Source: Lingula anatina (lineage: Eukaryota; Animalia; Brachiopoda). From it: a DNA stretch of 64,000 nucleotides. Positions 1 to 13,248 of the stretch are shown here, in pieces. The notes under the pieces are model-generated. The model worked only from the letters and a program-made list of their open reading frames with translations. It did no database searches and was not told the origin of the DNA. Location of the stretch: NCBI GenBank assembly GCA_051362555.1, contig CM120643.1:10168001-10232000 (forward strand). Direction: 5' to 3'. The first letter of the stretch is position 1, and every line of letters begins with the position of its first letter. Position numbers and translations under genes: made by a program.

Positions 1-1117
1 TTTACATTTTGTAGAGCATGTAAAGCCCAACACTTGAGGTGGTCTCCGTTTTTTGTATTCCATACGGTTTTCGAGTTACGCTGTATCAAAAAGTACATAT
101 TGGTGGTGAAAGCAAAATGTACAGTACGGTAATGGATAATCAATTTTGAACTCCAGAAAAATAAAACATAAGGCTTGGCAAAGCAGACAACTTGTGGTCA
201 AAAATGACATTATTTCATCAAATTTGAACTTCTGGAACTTCAGAGCACCTCCCTTTTCAAGAATTTTGACCAAAATGACCTTTTCTTAATTTAAATTAAT
301 TTTTTCTGTAGGAAATTTATGGCACATTATGGTAACTCCAAAATTATAACATTTAGTCCCTTATATCTCCAAAACTGGCAGAGATAGGTCCATAGTTACT
401 ATTGAAGTTGAATAGGAAGTCATATACTGGCAATCTAAATGTGACCTTGAAATTGACCTTTGACCTACTTTTCACCATGAACTTAACTTTGCAAATTTTG
501 CTTCCCTTTTATCTCCAAAACTGGCAGAGATAGGTCCATAGTTACTATTGAACTTGAATAGGAAGTCATATACTGGCAATCTAAATGTGACCTTGAAATT
601 GACCTTTGACCTACTTTTCACCATGAATTGAACTTTGCAAATTTTGCTTCCCTTTTATCTCCAACACTGGCAGAGATAGGTCCATAGTTACTATTGAACT
701 TGAATGGGAAGTCATACTGGCAATCTAAATGTGACCTTGAAATTGACCTTTGACCTACTTATTATCATGAACTGAACTCTGCTGATTTCTTTCTCTTTTA
801 CCTCCAAACCTGGCAGAGATAGGTCCATAGTTACTATTAAAGTTGAATAGGAAGTCATATACTGGCAATTTACTGTGACCTTGAAATTGACCTTTGACCT
901 ACCTTGCGATGAACTAAACTTTGATTGTACCATTTTTAGTTATATATTTTTTTTGCATATTTTGAAAATTCTTGTTGATTGCATTTTTACAGCTTGTCAA
1001 GCACTAGACTGGTGGCTGTGTCCCTTATTTTGTGTATGTGGGGGTCTATACGAATGCGCTTACTCCAGCTGGTGGTACAATATTCGGAGGCGGTAATGCC
1101 TCTCTGATCCTCTAGTT
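1..1117 (-). mobile_element. Non-autonomous Helitron/Helentron-like element with internal ~146-bp tandem repeats (at or near the window edge)
   Basis: About 4 tandem units starting near 367, 513, 660 and 802 (CTCCAAAACTGGCAGAGATAGGTCCATAG...TGACCTTGAAATTGACCTTTGACCT). The terminus has a hairpin (GGAGGCGGTAATGCCTCT) followed by CTAGTT. Both ends match 18383-19290 in inverted orientation. Confidence 0.75.
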
Positions 1118-2434
1118 AAATATTAAGATTTTTTCCACCCAGTACTTTTATTCCATCAGTACTTTTATTCGATACTTCAGAGTAATACAATTTACTGTCA
1201 AGCTCTATATAATGCAAGTTAAAGTCATGTGTAGGTTGGGATAATTTGACATTTTGTCTAAAACTGCTGTAAGAAACTCAAAACTTGGAAAAGTGCTCTT
1301 GGGTAGTTTAGACGGATGATTTAGCTCGGGTAAGGCCTGGTTTAAGGTTAGTCTAGGAAAATTGCAGTTTACCTATGGAAAATTTGTTTTCTGAGAGTTT
1401 TGATGCCTTTTTGGCCCTTAGTTTACCTTTAAGTCATATATTACCCAGATGTTATCTGAGCAGTAAAATGTCTCTTCAATAAAAGATCTATTCAAAGATG
1501 CAGTTTTTTTTATTTTTAATCACCTAACTGCTACTCAACTGTCCTTTTAAAGTGTATAAAGCAGAAGTTAAAAGTGCACAGTTTTTACGCAAAATAGGGT
1601 AAATATACAATTTAATCAGAAAAACATTTGGGCCGGCAATATCTTGTCCGGGCCTGCAATATTCAGATCTATTAGGCCAATTGGCCTGCATTGCCCTCAG
1701 TTTTCAGCATGTCTGCAGGAGTGTAAGAAAATCTACTTGTGCTTCATGTTTGATAAGCAAATCATTCACCATTATGTTGCAAACTTGAAAAGAGTGATTT
1801 ACATAGCTTGTTATCCCTTGCATACAAAATTACTTCAGCTACATTTGAAAATTGTGCAACAGCAGTCTTTCACAATTTACTGTTCGTAAATCAGTTAGCA
1901 CTTGCCATGACACTCATCTTGTTGTTTGGTGGGTCTCAACCTTAGTATTGGATAATGTGCCGTGAATAAATTATAGAGAAGAAATTGATTATAAAAATAA
2001 GGAATAATTGTTTTAGTTGTTGTTCATGTAAAAGGAGGTTCTCAGAAACTCCAGAAATGTGCAGCTCCCAAGTGATTCTCCCGCTATCTTAATTACCCCT
2101 GTAATAATGATGACCATGCTGTTTTGTGTCTTGAGCTAACTGTATCAGTTGTTATCTTGCATCTTGAGCCTCACACAGAGTACTCAGGTAAAGGGGGACA
2201 ATGCCAACTGTTTAATTTTAATGAGCCTGAAAACAGCCTGATGATTTTTAAGATGTAAGAAATTCACTCTCTTGCAAATTGGTTTACTGGTTGAACTTCA
2301 TGCACCCAAAATACTCCATACAACTGATTTTAAGGTCATTTGAGGTTTATTAGAGCTGTTCATAATTCATGAGACATTACTGTAGTGTTTCTGGATCCTA
2401 GTTTAAATATAGGTTTGTTTTATATTAAATTTAG

Positions 2435-5400
2435 GCAGGAGTGAAACCCAACTGTGTATGCTTGATGAAGAGGGGTTCAGTCAACTTTTACCTGAAGCAG
2501 TCCAAGCAAAAAAGTTGAAAAACAACACAGGCCTAGATCCACAAAACAGAGCCTGGCTTGATAAAGTGTGGGGCTACCTGTGCCAGAATTTCCAAGATTT
2601 GCAGAGGTTTGAAGGTTTGCCAATTCTTCCAGTTCATCTTAATGATGGAAGGGATGTTCAGTTACATCTGCCAGCAAGATCATCTTCAATTAGCATTCAG
2701 CTTGTACAGTACCAAGGTAAAAGCATATGTCTAAATATAAAGAAGCTTCTGCAAACCCTTGATGTGTTTCTTGCAGTTTCAGTGCTTGATAAGGCTGGAA
2801 ACCACCAAGCAATATTTGATAATCGGGTAGCTCTCCCCTCCCCAGATGGTGTATTACAGTCCTTGTCAAGGCAGTACCAATACAAAGGAAATGAAGTTAT
2901 AACTGCCTTCAACAAACTTGATGCTTCTGTTAGAAAAGCCTTCAGAAAATTCATATCACAATCTGGTGACATAGGATGCCACAAGGATGTAATGAGGAAG
3001 TTTGAAATCTTCCCAATAATTGAAATTGGTTCTCAGTGTAACTCAGCTGAATTTGATGAAAAAGCAAAGATGGACGAAAAACTGCTGGCACTGGATGATG
3101 CTAAGGATGCAGTGAAATTGAAATATCTTCCCCAGGTGTCGTTACCTTGGGCCATTATAGATGTTACTTTGCCTGAGTGTGAACATCTTGTGAAGGTCCT
3201 TGGCCAGTGTGTCATCCACACACAAGTGTCCATATTCTCCACACATATCCTACCAGAGCTCAAAAAGGGTGGTGTTTTTGCAGAAAGGTACATGAAAGAT
3301 ATTTCATTGTTCATGCTACAGCATTATGAGCTAATCAATGAAAAGGAAATAGCGGAGCAGGTTCAACATCTCCATTGCATTCCAATCAAAAATGGTTTTG
3401 CTCTGCCTAGTAAAACTTGCAACCCACAAAGTAGAACTCTCCAAGAGTTATTCAAAGATCAGGATGTCTTTCCACTTAATCCTTTTACTGAGGGCACCAT
3501 CATTCCACAACTGGTAAAAGTTGGCATGAAAAATGAAGATGATGTGACAGCAGATGATATTTTGACGGCTGTCAAAGATGTTGAGACCAGGGCAGCTACA
3601 ACAGCAGACCCAACTAGTTGTGAAGTGTTGAAAAGAAAGTCCCAGGCCATTGCCTCTTTCCTTGGGAAGCGACCAGAACTGCTTCAACAGTTTCCCTCAT
3701 CTATTCCTAACCATAGGTGCCATCTCAAAGGCCTTTTGTTGGACCTTCACTGGTTGCCCATGTGTTGTGAGCCACCCCAAAATATACCATATCCTAGAAG
3801 GCTACCTTGGTGGAGGGATACTTGTTTGTTCCAAAAGCCAAGCTCTCTAAAGAAGATGAACAAGGTATCAACATACTTGATAGGTTCTGTGCAGCCACTT
3901 TGGGAAGGAATACCAGGGGAAGAAGAAGCTGAAGCCTCAATTGTTAAACATTTCAATATGGACTCCCTACCAGATGTCAGGTCTGTAGTTCAGCAGCTCG
4001 CTGTTCTTCAGCAGAATTACAATGAAAAAGAAAAAACATTGTTTGAATTGATGGTAAAGGAGATTTACAACTTTTTGGAACAGCATGCAGAAGCTGCCTT
4101 AGCAGAGGTTGATAAGCAGGCTCTCAGCCAGTGGATTTGGCATGGCAATGGGTTTGCTTCTCAAGATCAGGTGCTTTGTTCAGACTCTGCTTTAGACCTC
4201 AGGCCGTATATGTACACAGTACCAGATTTCTTTGCAAAAGATCACTTAAAATTCAAAAGTTTAACATCTTTTGAGCCATACCTTGATGTTCTCATGCAGA
4301 TGAAACAAAAATATGATGGTTTCCAGCAATTTCCACTTGGCATCTTGTCCAACAGTAAAAGTTCAGACCTCAAACTTTCAGTTGAAATTCTGAACCAACT
4401 TTCAAAATTTGCAAAAGATGGGGACATTAATCCTGATGAAGTATGTGTCCCAATGCCACTCAGATCTAGAGGACAACTTAGATTTGAGTTTAGCAATAAA
4501 TGTGTCTTCCTTGATGCAGAGCATATGGACAAAGATGTAACAATTCAGTTAAAAAAAGAAAATGTCCATGTTTTGCACAGAGATATTCCAATTGCAACAG
4601 CATATAACTTGAGGGTACCTCCCTTATTGAGATATCTGTTGAAGCCAGAGGATCTGCCATTTGAGGAGTTTGGTCAGGGCCAGTCATTGTGCAGCATTAT
4701 CAGCAATATTCTAGAGGGCTACCAAGATGGTTTTGCTTTTATAAAGGAGATGATTCAGAATGCTGATGATGCTGGAGCTACAGAGGTTCGATTTTTGTAT
4801 GATGCACGACAAAACAAAAATTACCGCAAAAGTCTCATTGATGAGGGGATGGCAGAATGTCAGGGACAGGCACTGTGGGTCTACAATGATGCTGTATTTG
4901 AGCCTGTTGATTTTAAGCGTATTATTAAAGTTGGTGGTGGAATGAAGAAAGAAGATGCAGCAACCATTGGTAGATTCGGAAAAGGGTTCAATATTGTTTA
5001 TAACATTACAGACACCCCCAGTTTCATCAGTCAGAATAATTTTGTCATCTTTGACCCAAATGCACATCATTTGGGTAGAGCCATTAAGGACAAAAGCAAG
5101 CCAGGTGTGAAAATTGACTTGGATAAGACACGCAATAGAGAGATGATAGCAGATCAACTTGCTCCATTTGAGAACATCTTTCACTGCCAGATAAACAACA
5201 GATTCAATGGAACTCTGTTTCGACTTCCACTGAGAACAAAGAAGCAGTCACAAAAAACAGAACTTAAACCAGGAAAACCATACATAAAAAAGAATGTGTT
5301 AGATCTTTTTAGGTTGACTATAGAAAGATCAGAATCACTTTTGCTCTTCATTCAGAATGTGGTCAAGTTCTCTTTGTGGTATCTTCCCACAAACGCAAAA

Positions 5401-8400
5401 GATCCAAGTGATGCTGTTGAGATCTTTATTATTGAGAAACACATACCGAAGAGGTGTATAAAACCAGTTGTCAATTATAAGACAACACTCCCGAAGCCAG
5501 CAAAAAAGCTGGATAAAGAGAAACGGCAATTGATCCAGGCAACTAGAATATTGCACGCTGCAAGTAATGCTGTACAGAAAAAAGACCACACAGAACTCAA
5601 ATGCACGTGCCATTTTCACATTACATGCAGAACTCTGCCCCCTGGTGGAAAGCTTCTTAAGATGGTTCCAAAGGATGAAACCAGAGAGTACTTTTTAACA
5701 TCCTATATGAGCACAGGGGAGGCCTTCAACCTGGCAGTTGAAGGAAAAATCCAAGGCACACTGCCTGTTGCATCAATAGCTTTACCAGTGCAGTCACATG
5801 GAAATAAGCTAGAACCCCTGCCATTGGATCTTAATAAAGGTGCACTGTTCTGTCAGCTCCCGTTGCCTATTTCTACAAACCTTCCAGTGCATGTCAGTGG
5901 CACATTCCTCACAACATCCTGTAGAAACCACTTGGTGCAGAGATCAGCAGATGACAGGCAGAATGTAATGGCAGAATGGAATGAAGCATTACTTCGTGAA
6001 ACTTTGCCTAAAGCCTATATCTTCTTTTTGGAAAAGTGCAAGGAAAATTGCAGCATTGGTAGGGATTTCCATATCCTTTGGCCAGTGGAAGTTGAAAAAA
6101 TCCCAAAATATTTTTGCATTCATTTTGTACAGACTTTTCACAGGAAGCTGATGGAACTCAATGGACCAAAACTTCTTACAGATGGTCATTGTTGGGGAAA
6201 TTTCCATGAAATAGTATATCTGGATCCATCATTTCAAGACAAGGTTGGCATAGGGCAAGTTGCCTACAATATACTCAGTTGGTGGGTGAAGAAACAGCCT
6301 GGAAACAAAATTGCAGTTCAGTTACCAATGAAAATTGTTGAAGAGTTTAGATCACATGGTCTAGATTTCAGCAATGAATACAGCAGACATCGGTTCTACA
6401 AGGAAGTTTTCTTTGCTAACATAGCGGAGATGCAAGCTTTTGCAGAATGGAGAGATACTTTGATGCTCAAGGATGTCCTGCCATCTGTAACCAATGATGA
6501 GGAAATGGCAAGCCTTGTAAGAACCCAAAAGTGCATTCCTGTCATGCCATCAGGAAATGTGCTTGAATTACCTGGGAAATTGGTCTGCCAAGAGGGCTCA
6601 CAAAGCATACTGTACACTGAAGAGGATGAAGTGTTTCCTTTTCAACAATACAAAGAACAGACCTACCATTTACAAAAGTTGGGAATGCGGTACAAAGTGG
6701 AAGACATCACTTGGGCTGAAGTATGTCATTGTGCCAAACGAACTCTGTCGATTTCAGAGAGAACCACCAGGATTGCACGTATATTGAATATTTTAAAATT
6801 TATTGGATTGAAGAGAACAGGGAATATTGATGTTGATGATAGGGAAAAATGCGAAGTTCAAGAATTGAAGTCTGTACCTTTTTTGCCAATTTTGCAAACT
6901 TCCTCAGAATATCCTTTGCCATTGTTTGACCTCAAAGAAAAAAAATCAACCCAAGATATATTGTATGAGGCTCCACAGAAAATGGGACTATTGAAGGATA
7001 TTGATCTGGTTGGATCAGCAATGCCCATAGTTGATGAAACACTTATCACAAGCAGTGCATGTACACGTGGCCATATTCCTCAAGAGACCTTCCAGTTTAT
7101 AGGTTGTGTGACAAACCATGGTATTGAAACTATCCGAGTGCAGATGATGGCTGCAATCAATTATTGGTTGAAGGGAATACACCCCGACAAGTTGTCAGGT
7201 GCACAGAGGTTGATGTGGAATGTTTATTCATACTTGCAAGAACTGTGCAAACAAGAACAAAAACAGCAAGACATCAGTAGTGCTTTCAAAGGACTCCCAG
7301 TTGTGTTGGTAGATGATCACTTTGTCCAACCCAGAGATGTAGTGTTTTCTTTGAAGAACTCTTGTGAACCTTATCTGTTTGCACTACCAAACCAATATAA
7401 AACCCAGTTTGAACAGCTTTTCAAATGTCTTGGAGTCCGTCGTCATTTTGATGCTGTTGACTACATCGTTGCTCTAAGAAAATTGTCAGAAACAAAAGTC
7501 ACTGGTGAAGAAAACACTACTTCAGTCATTAAAAAAGCAGAGGCTGCTGCCAATATGCTTGTTGAACAACTCAAAGAAGAGTCAAAAGACTTACAGATAT
7601 TAGGGGATATAGTTTTACCAGATATCCATGGAAAATTCCGAAAGGCAAATCAACTGACAATGTGGAGTCCCCATTTGCCTCAGAGAAAAGTTTTATTTCT
7701 ACACCCTGATATTAGGATACATGGCTATGAATATTTAGGAATTAAGCAACCACATGAAGGAATACTGAGTGAGTACTCGAGCAGTATCCCTTTTGGACAG
7801 CAAGTGCAGTTAGAAACAAGCATCACAAGAATCCTTAAAGGTTACAGCCCAGAGGATCTGTTTAAAGAGGTTCTGCAAAATGCTGATGATGCTAGAGCAA
7901 CTGAGGTGCATTTTGTGCTTGATCAACGCACACACAAATCAGAATGCGTGCCTGGAAAAAACTGGGGAAAGATGCAAGGACCAGCACTTTGCATATTCAA
8001 CAATGCCCCATTTACTGATTCAGATTTGACAGCAATTGCCACTTTAGGGAGTGACCACTGTGAAATGGAGAACAAGTCCAGAAACCCCTACAAGACAGGG
8101 CAGTTTGGGATTGGTTTCAACTCAGTTTACAACATTACTGACACACCATGGATTGTTACCCGTGGGTCTTCTTTTGAAGTCTTGCAGGACCGCCAGGGTA
8201 AATATGAGGATATATGTTGTGTGTTTGATCCTCTGCGGAAGTATGTTCCAGGAGCAACAACAGGCTCCCCAGGACAGCTTTTTAACCTGAAGGAACTAGC
8301 TGAGGATTACCCAGATGTCAAAAGCTGTTTGTTGGAAGAGCAGTTTGACCTACAAGGAAAAACTCTATTCCGATTACCCTTGAGAAATCCCCCACAAGAT

Positions 8401-11400
8401 GCTTCATGTACAGACCAAGACTTGCCTGCCTGGAAGTCATTAGATATAAGAAAAGTTAAGGATCTGCTGGAGACATTCAAAGCTCAAATGCCACAGATGC
8501 TTCTCTTTCTGAAGCATATCAGAAAAATACATGTATCTGAGATACACAGCAGTACAGGAACACTTAAGAATACATTTTCATCCACAAGCGAAGTTACTCG
8601 AAATTTCTTCAGTGACTATGACTCATTTCAGGAAAATGTCCAAACAGTGGCAAACCATTTGAAAAACAGAGAATACGGTGCTCTGGACGTGCCTCTCCAC
8701 AGGGTCACTTACGATCTAACAATACAGACTTTGTTGGATGGCCAACCCCTGGTAGATTCTGCGTGGTCAGTTGTACAGCAATTAGGAGGCAGCTTAGACT
8801 CCTCAGGGCAGGGGAGACATGACAAGGAGAGCAGTACCTTACATGGATGGCAGATGGAAGATTTAGATGAACCACCTGGAGATGTTAACAAAAAGTTTGA
8901 CCTTCTACCCCTTGGAGCTGTTGCTGCATTGAAAGATACAAAGGTACATTGGAAAGTTAAAGCTCAATTGAAGGGTGAGATAGACAGAAGGTTTCCAAAA
9001 GATACAGAGGGACAAACATATTCTACTTTTTCTGGGTACAAGACTGAAAGTAGCAAGAAACACACTGACTATCTACGGCAGCATAACTACAGTTATGTTG
9101 CTGCCTGTCTTTTGCCATTGCCTGTTGAAACTGAACTCAAAGTGATGCTTAATGGCCATTTTGAGCTGGGATATGAAGATCGGAGGACAATCTCAAATGA
9201 TGACAAGGCTTCAGGTAGATGGAACAAATATTTACAGGAGCATGTTTTGACTCCATGCTATGTAGAGCTTCTGAAACACATGAGAAATGCATATTTGCCA
9301 CAATCCAGCTGTCTGTCTACATACAGTACACTCTTCCCAGTTGATCTTTCCAAAGGATCCATGTGGAAACCTTTATCCATCAGTTTTTTCAAAGCTGTTG
9401 TGGACCAGCAAGTGCCTCTTCTGCCTGTTCTCAAACCCTGTCGTAGGATAAAAAAAGAGCATACAAACAGACAGGAAAACCAGTTTCAGGTTCTTTGGTT
9501 TCCCCCAAGTGGAATCATGAATGGGGAAAGAGCATTTTTCAATACATTATATGTGACCCAGAGGGAGAAAGCTGAAACTTTTGGTTACTGGTGGAAAAAT
9601 GAGAGAGAAGTAAAGGCACCTGATGTTGTTGAAAAAATTCTTTTAAGATCAGGGTTCAACCTTGTTCATATTAAAGACAGCAGACTGAAGAAAAGTTTTT
9701 CAGATGTGGGCTTCAGCATCCCTTGTGTTTCACCAGAGTGTGTCTTAGAATTCTTCAAAACTTTTGGTACCTCCCCAGCCTGTTCAGTAGGAGGTGAACT
9801 ACCCATGCCACTGAAAGATACCATCTTTGAAGACACAGGGCAGTTGTGTACCTTACTGGAATACCTTTATCAGTGTGACCAATTTTCTCAACAGTTAAAT
9901 GGTCTTCCTCTCCTTGTGACCAAAGATGGTCTTCTAAGGCTGTTCACCTCGAAAAGGTGTTTCTTTACCAAGCATGATCATCTTCTCCCAGAGTGTTGTT
10001 CTTCTTTCATTCACAGTGACTTGAGGGAGTTCTTTGAGGAGAAAAGAATAGAATTGAAACATTGTGACCAACTTCATCATTTCACTGTCTCAGATTTTGC
10101 AAAGCTGTTGGCACAGCAAAGGGCCACAGGGGGCAGGTATGGATGTCTTTTCCCTGATGATAAATTTGCCTGTCCCATAAACAGAGATTTTCCAAATGGC
10201 CACTGGGTTGCTGAGGTTTGGACATTCCTAAGTGAAGAGTGTACAGGACTGCCACATTTAGCACCTCTTAATGACTGTGCTCTGATTCCAGCTAAAGTTG
10301 GTACCAGAGAGATTGTAGTTTGTATCAATAAGGCATATGCTGTGATGAATTTCGTGAAAAACAGAAGTAGGAATATGAAGAATGATGAACAGGAAATGAT
10401 GCAGATATTAAAATCCCTAAATGTGGCAGTTCTCATGCCAGGTGCTTGTGCTGTTCTGCAAACTATCACAGGGAGTGTGTTCAAGGCCGACACAGTTTTA
10501 AAAGTACTTTGTGAGAAATTACAAGAGTCACAACCTCCAAAATTGGACAGCTCAACACAGATTCTCAAATTCTTCTCCAAACGTGTCTCAGCATTAAAGA
10601 ATATTGGGGGCTGTAAGGAAAAACTTCTTGAGTTACCAGTTTTCATAACTGTGCATGGCAAACTTTTGAAGATAGGAAGGAACCATGTGTACACACTACC
10701 TCGTGGCATCCCTCCCATTGAAATGGAGGCTTGGCAGGCTTCAAAAGGGCTTATTTTCTTGCAGCATGATGAAGACTTGGAACCACTCTATGATTTTCTG
10801 AACTTCAAGAAACTCACAGTTGTTGAGGTGTATTGTGAATTCATATTCAAGCATTTTGAGTATCTCTCCAAAACAGGCCAAGCACATCATTTGAAATTTT
10901 TATACCAATCATACCTTTCAGACAATAATGCAACTGGCGAAAAGAAGGAAATGAAGGATGCTTTGTTAGAAGATTTGACAGAATTACCATTTTTATTTGA
11001 TAGTAGGGAACAGCGCCAACAAACTGCAAGTCATTTCTACGATCCCTCCAATGAGATATTTCAATCTATGCAGTGCAATTTTCCACCAAGTTGTGTCTCA
11101 CCATTTGTCACCTGGCAGTGGATTCCTTTTCTTAGAATGATTGGCATGGTGAGTTCTGTAAGCAAGGAGATGTTTGTAGCATATGTGCAAGACGTGGCCA
11201 GGACCAAAAATGCTGACAAGTCCAGGATGTTAGTGAGGAATTTGATGTCAAACAAAGAAAGGTGGCCAGCTGAGGATTTTAAATCAATCCTATGTTCTGT
11301 CCGAGATATACCATTTGTATGTGCACAGCCTGCCAGTCCATGTTATGTTAACCTGATGAAGCAATATGGCAACAGTTTTATCCCATTGAGATCTTCAGTA

Positions 11401-13248
11401 CCATGTGAACATGAGGCCTTAGTATGGACAAGTGCTAATCTCCTTCCTGGTTGGGCTAATCCATGGAACTACAGTGTTAATTGCAAAGGTTACAATTCTC
11501 ATGCATTGGCAACAGAACTAGGCATACTGCAGAAACCTACCTTGTCTACGGTTCTGTGTCACATCTCTGCACTGTCTGATAAGTTCCATGCGGGCCAGAA
11601 GGGTCCTAGCAGTAGAATGATACCTTCCCATGAACGTAGTGTTGTTTCAAAAGTGATGAAATTGATCTACATGTATTTGAAGGAGAATGGGTTACAAAAT
11701 GATGACACCAATAGGGCTCTAGGAAACAAGTCAGTTATCTTGGTGGATGACCATAAACGATTTGCCAAGCCGAATAGGGTTGTGCTGAATATGTATGAAG
11801 ACAAGGCAGTGCCATCACATTTGTACAAAGCCCCTTCAGAATTTGGAGAATTCTTCACACTATTTTCCTGTCTTGGCTGCACAAAGAACCCCTCTGTTGG
11901 ACAGTATGCAGCTGTCTTGGATGACCTTCATGAACTGTATAAGGGCATAGACATGACCATGAATCCAAACTTCATGCAGAAAGCATATAAAGCTGTCAGG
12001 GAATTATTTAACACCATGGCCATTTATCCTTATCAAGTGAATTCATTGCATAGCCTCTATTTGCCAAGTAAGTCAAGTTTGCTGCTACCGAGCCAAAGGC
12101 TGGTGTATATCAACTCCCCAAGGCTCACAGACAGAACCCACACCTTATGCCAGCATGAAGAATTTTTGATTGACCTGAATGAATGTGGAATTCGGAGCCA
12201 TAATTTTGAAGATCTGCTAAACAAATTACCAAAAATACTGCAGCCCAAACATCTTACTAGTGTTGTCGAGGAGCAATTGGTTCAAAGTTGTGGTGGGCCA
12301 GAACAACTTTTGGCACAGGAAATACAGCAAAGGATCTCCTCAATAATGTTTGCAAAGGCCATTGAAAGGATAGCACGTCATCAGTGGTACATGGTTGGGC
12401 ATATCACCCAGGATAATGATGAGAAGTCCATTCACAACATTCCTATCATTCTTGGCAAGGTGAAGGTCATTGGAAAGGGTGAAATACAGACATGCCTCAA
12501 ATACAAAGCAGAGGAATTAGAAGGAAGTCTGAAATCCCAAAGCTGTTTTGTCCAAATGAACACAGCCACTTCTTCCTCATCTACAATAATTTATATCAGA
12601 GAGGCAAGGACAGATGATAAGGTTTACTTCACAGTAGCAGATGTCATCAATAGACTTTTACCTGATATCCATCTGAACAGTTCCATTCTGTATGTGGTTC
12701 CCATCTTGAAATGTAAAGAAGAAGACATTCATAAGGAGTTGGACAGTCTTGATGTCCGGGAACTTCATGACAGTGCTGAGCATCACCAGCAGCAGGGCAG
12801 ATTAAAAACCCTCCCAGCTCTAGGAACCCAAGTTCCAGGAAATGTTGCCAAGGCATTGGTTCCAGTTAACAGAGAACTTGAAGGTCACGAATATGTGGCT
12901 ATTGTCTCTGCTTCCATTGGAGATAGTGGGCAGTCAGAGGCCGACCAGAACATTGAAGATAGTGGGCCGTCGGAGTCAGCCGAGAATGTTGAAGATGATG
13001 GAGAGATGGAATCTGGACCTGAACAGGTGTATGTGTATGGTCAGGTGAAAGGTGACTCATTTGGTCAAGTAAAAGTTGACATTGGAAGGGAGACTAATAG
13101 GGAGATTCAACTGGACAATATTCGACTGTTTCCTCAATCAGTAGGACAAAAGCCATTCAGCAAAAAAAGTGGTTTGAAACGCCCTGGAAATTTAGAGGGA
13201 TCTTCCCCTCATGAAATCGGTCCAAAACGACCGCGCAATGAAAATTAA
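2435..13248 (+). CDS. Sacsin-like protein, giant terminal coding exon (~3600 aa; upstream exons lie outside the window)
   Basis: Uninterrupted 3596-aa ORF preceded by acceptor-like tttag at 2434; the frame stays open (GRSETQLC) before the first ATG at 2458. It has two sacsin repeating regions with Hsp90-like/GHKL ATPase motifs (FGQ..L..II..IL..Y...KEMIQNADDAGA...IGRFGKGFN near nt 4660-5000; PFGQ...LFKEVLQNADDARA...TGQFGIGFN near 7790-8120). The C-terminal LPALGTQVP...EYVA...VDIG segment resembles the pre-J-domain region of sacsin. Confidence 0.92.

Noticed and set aside
360-930. Repeat units as a CRISPR array, or ORFs 712-933 and 875-1096 as genes
   Set aside because: Whole ~146-bp units repeat in tandem inside a dispersed element; the ORFs are by-products.
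2697-13048. Many short antisense or alternative-frame ORFs within the sacsin exon, including the 213-aa ORF at 10077-10718
   Set aside because: These are shadow ORFs expected opposite a long coding sequence, with no recognisable motifs.
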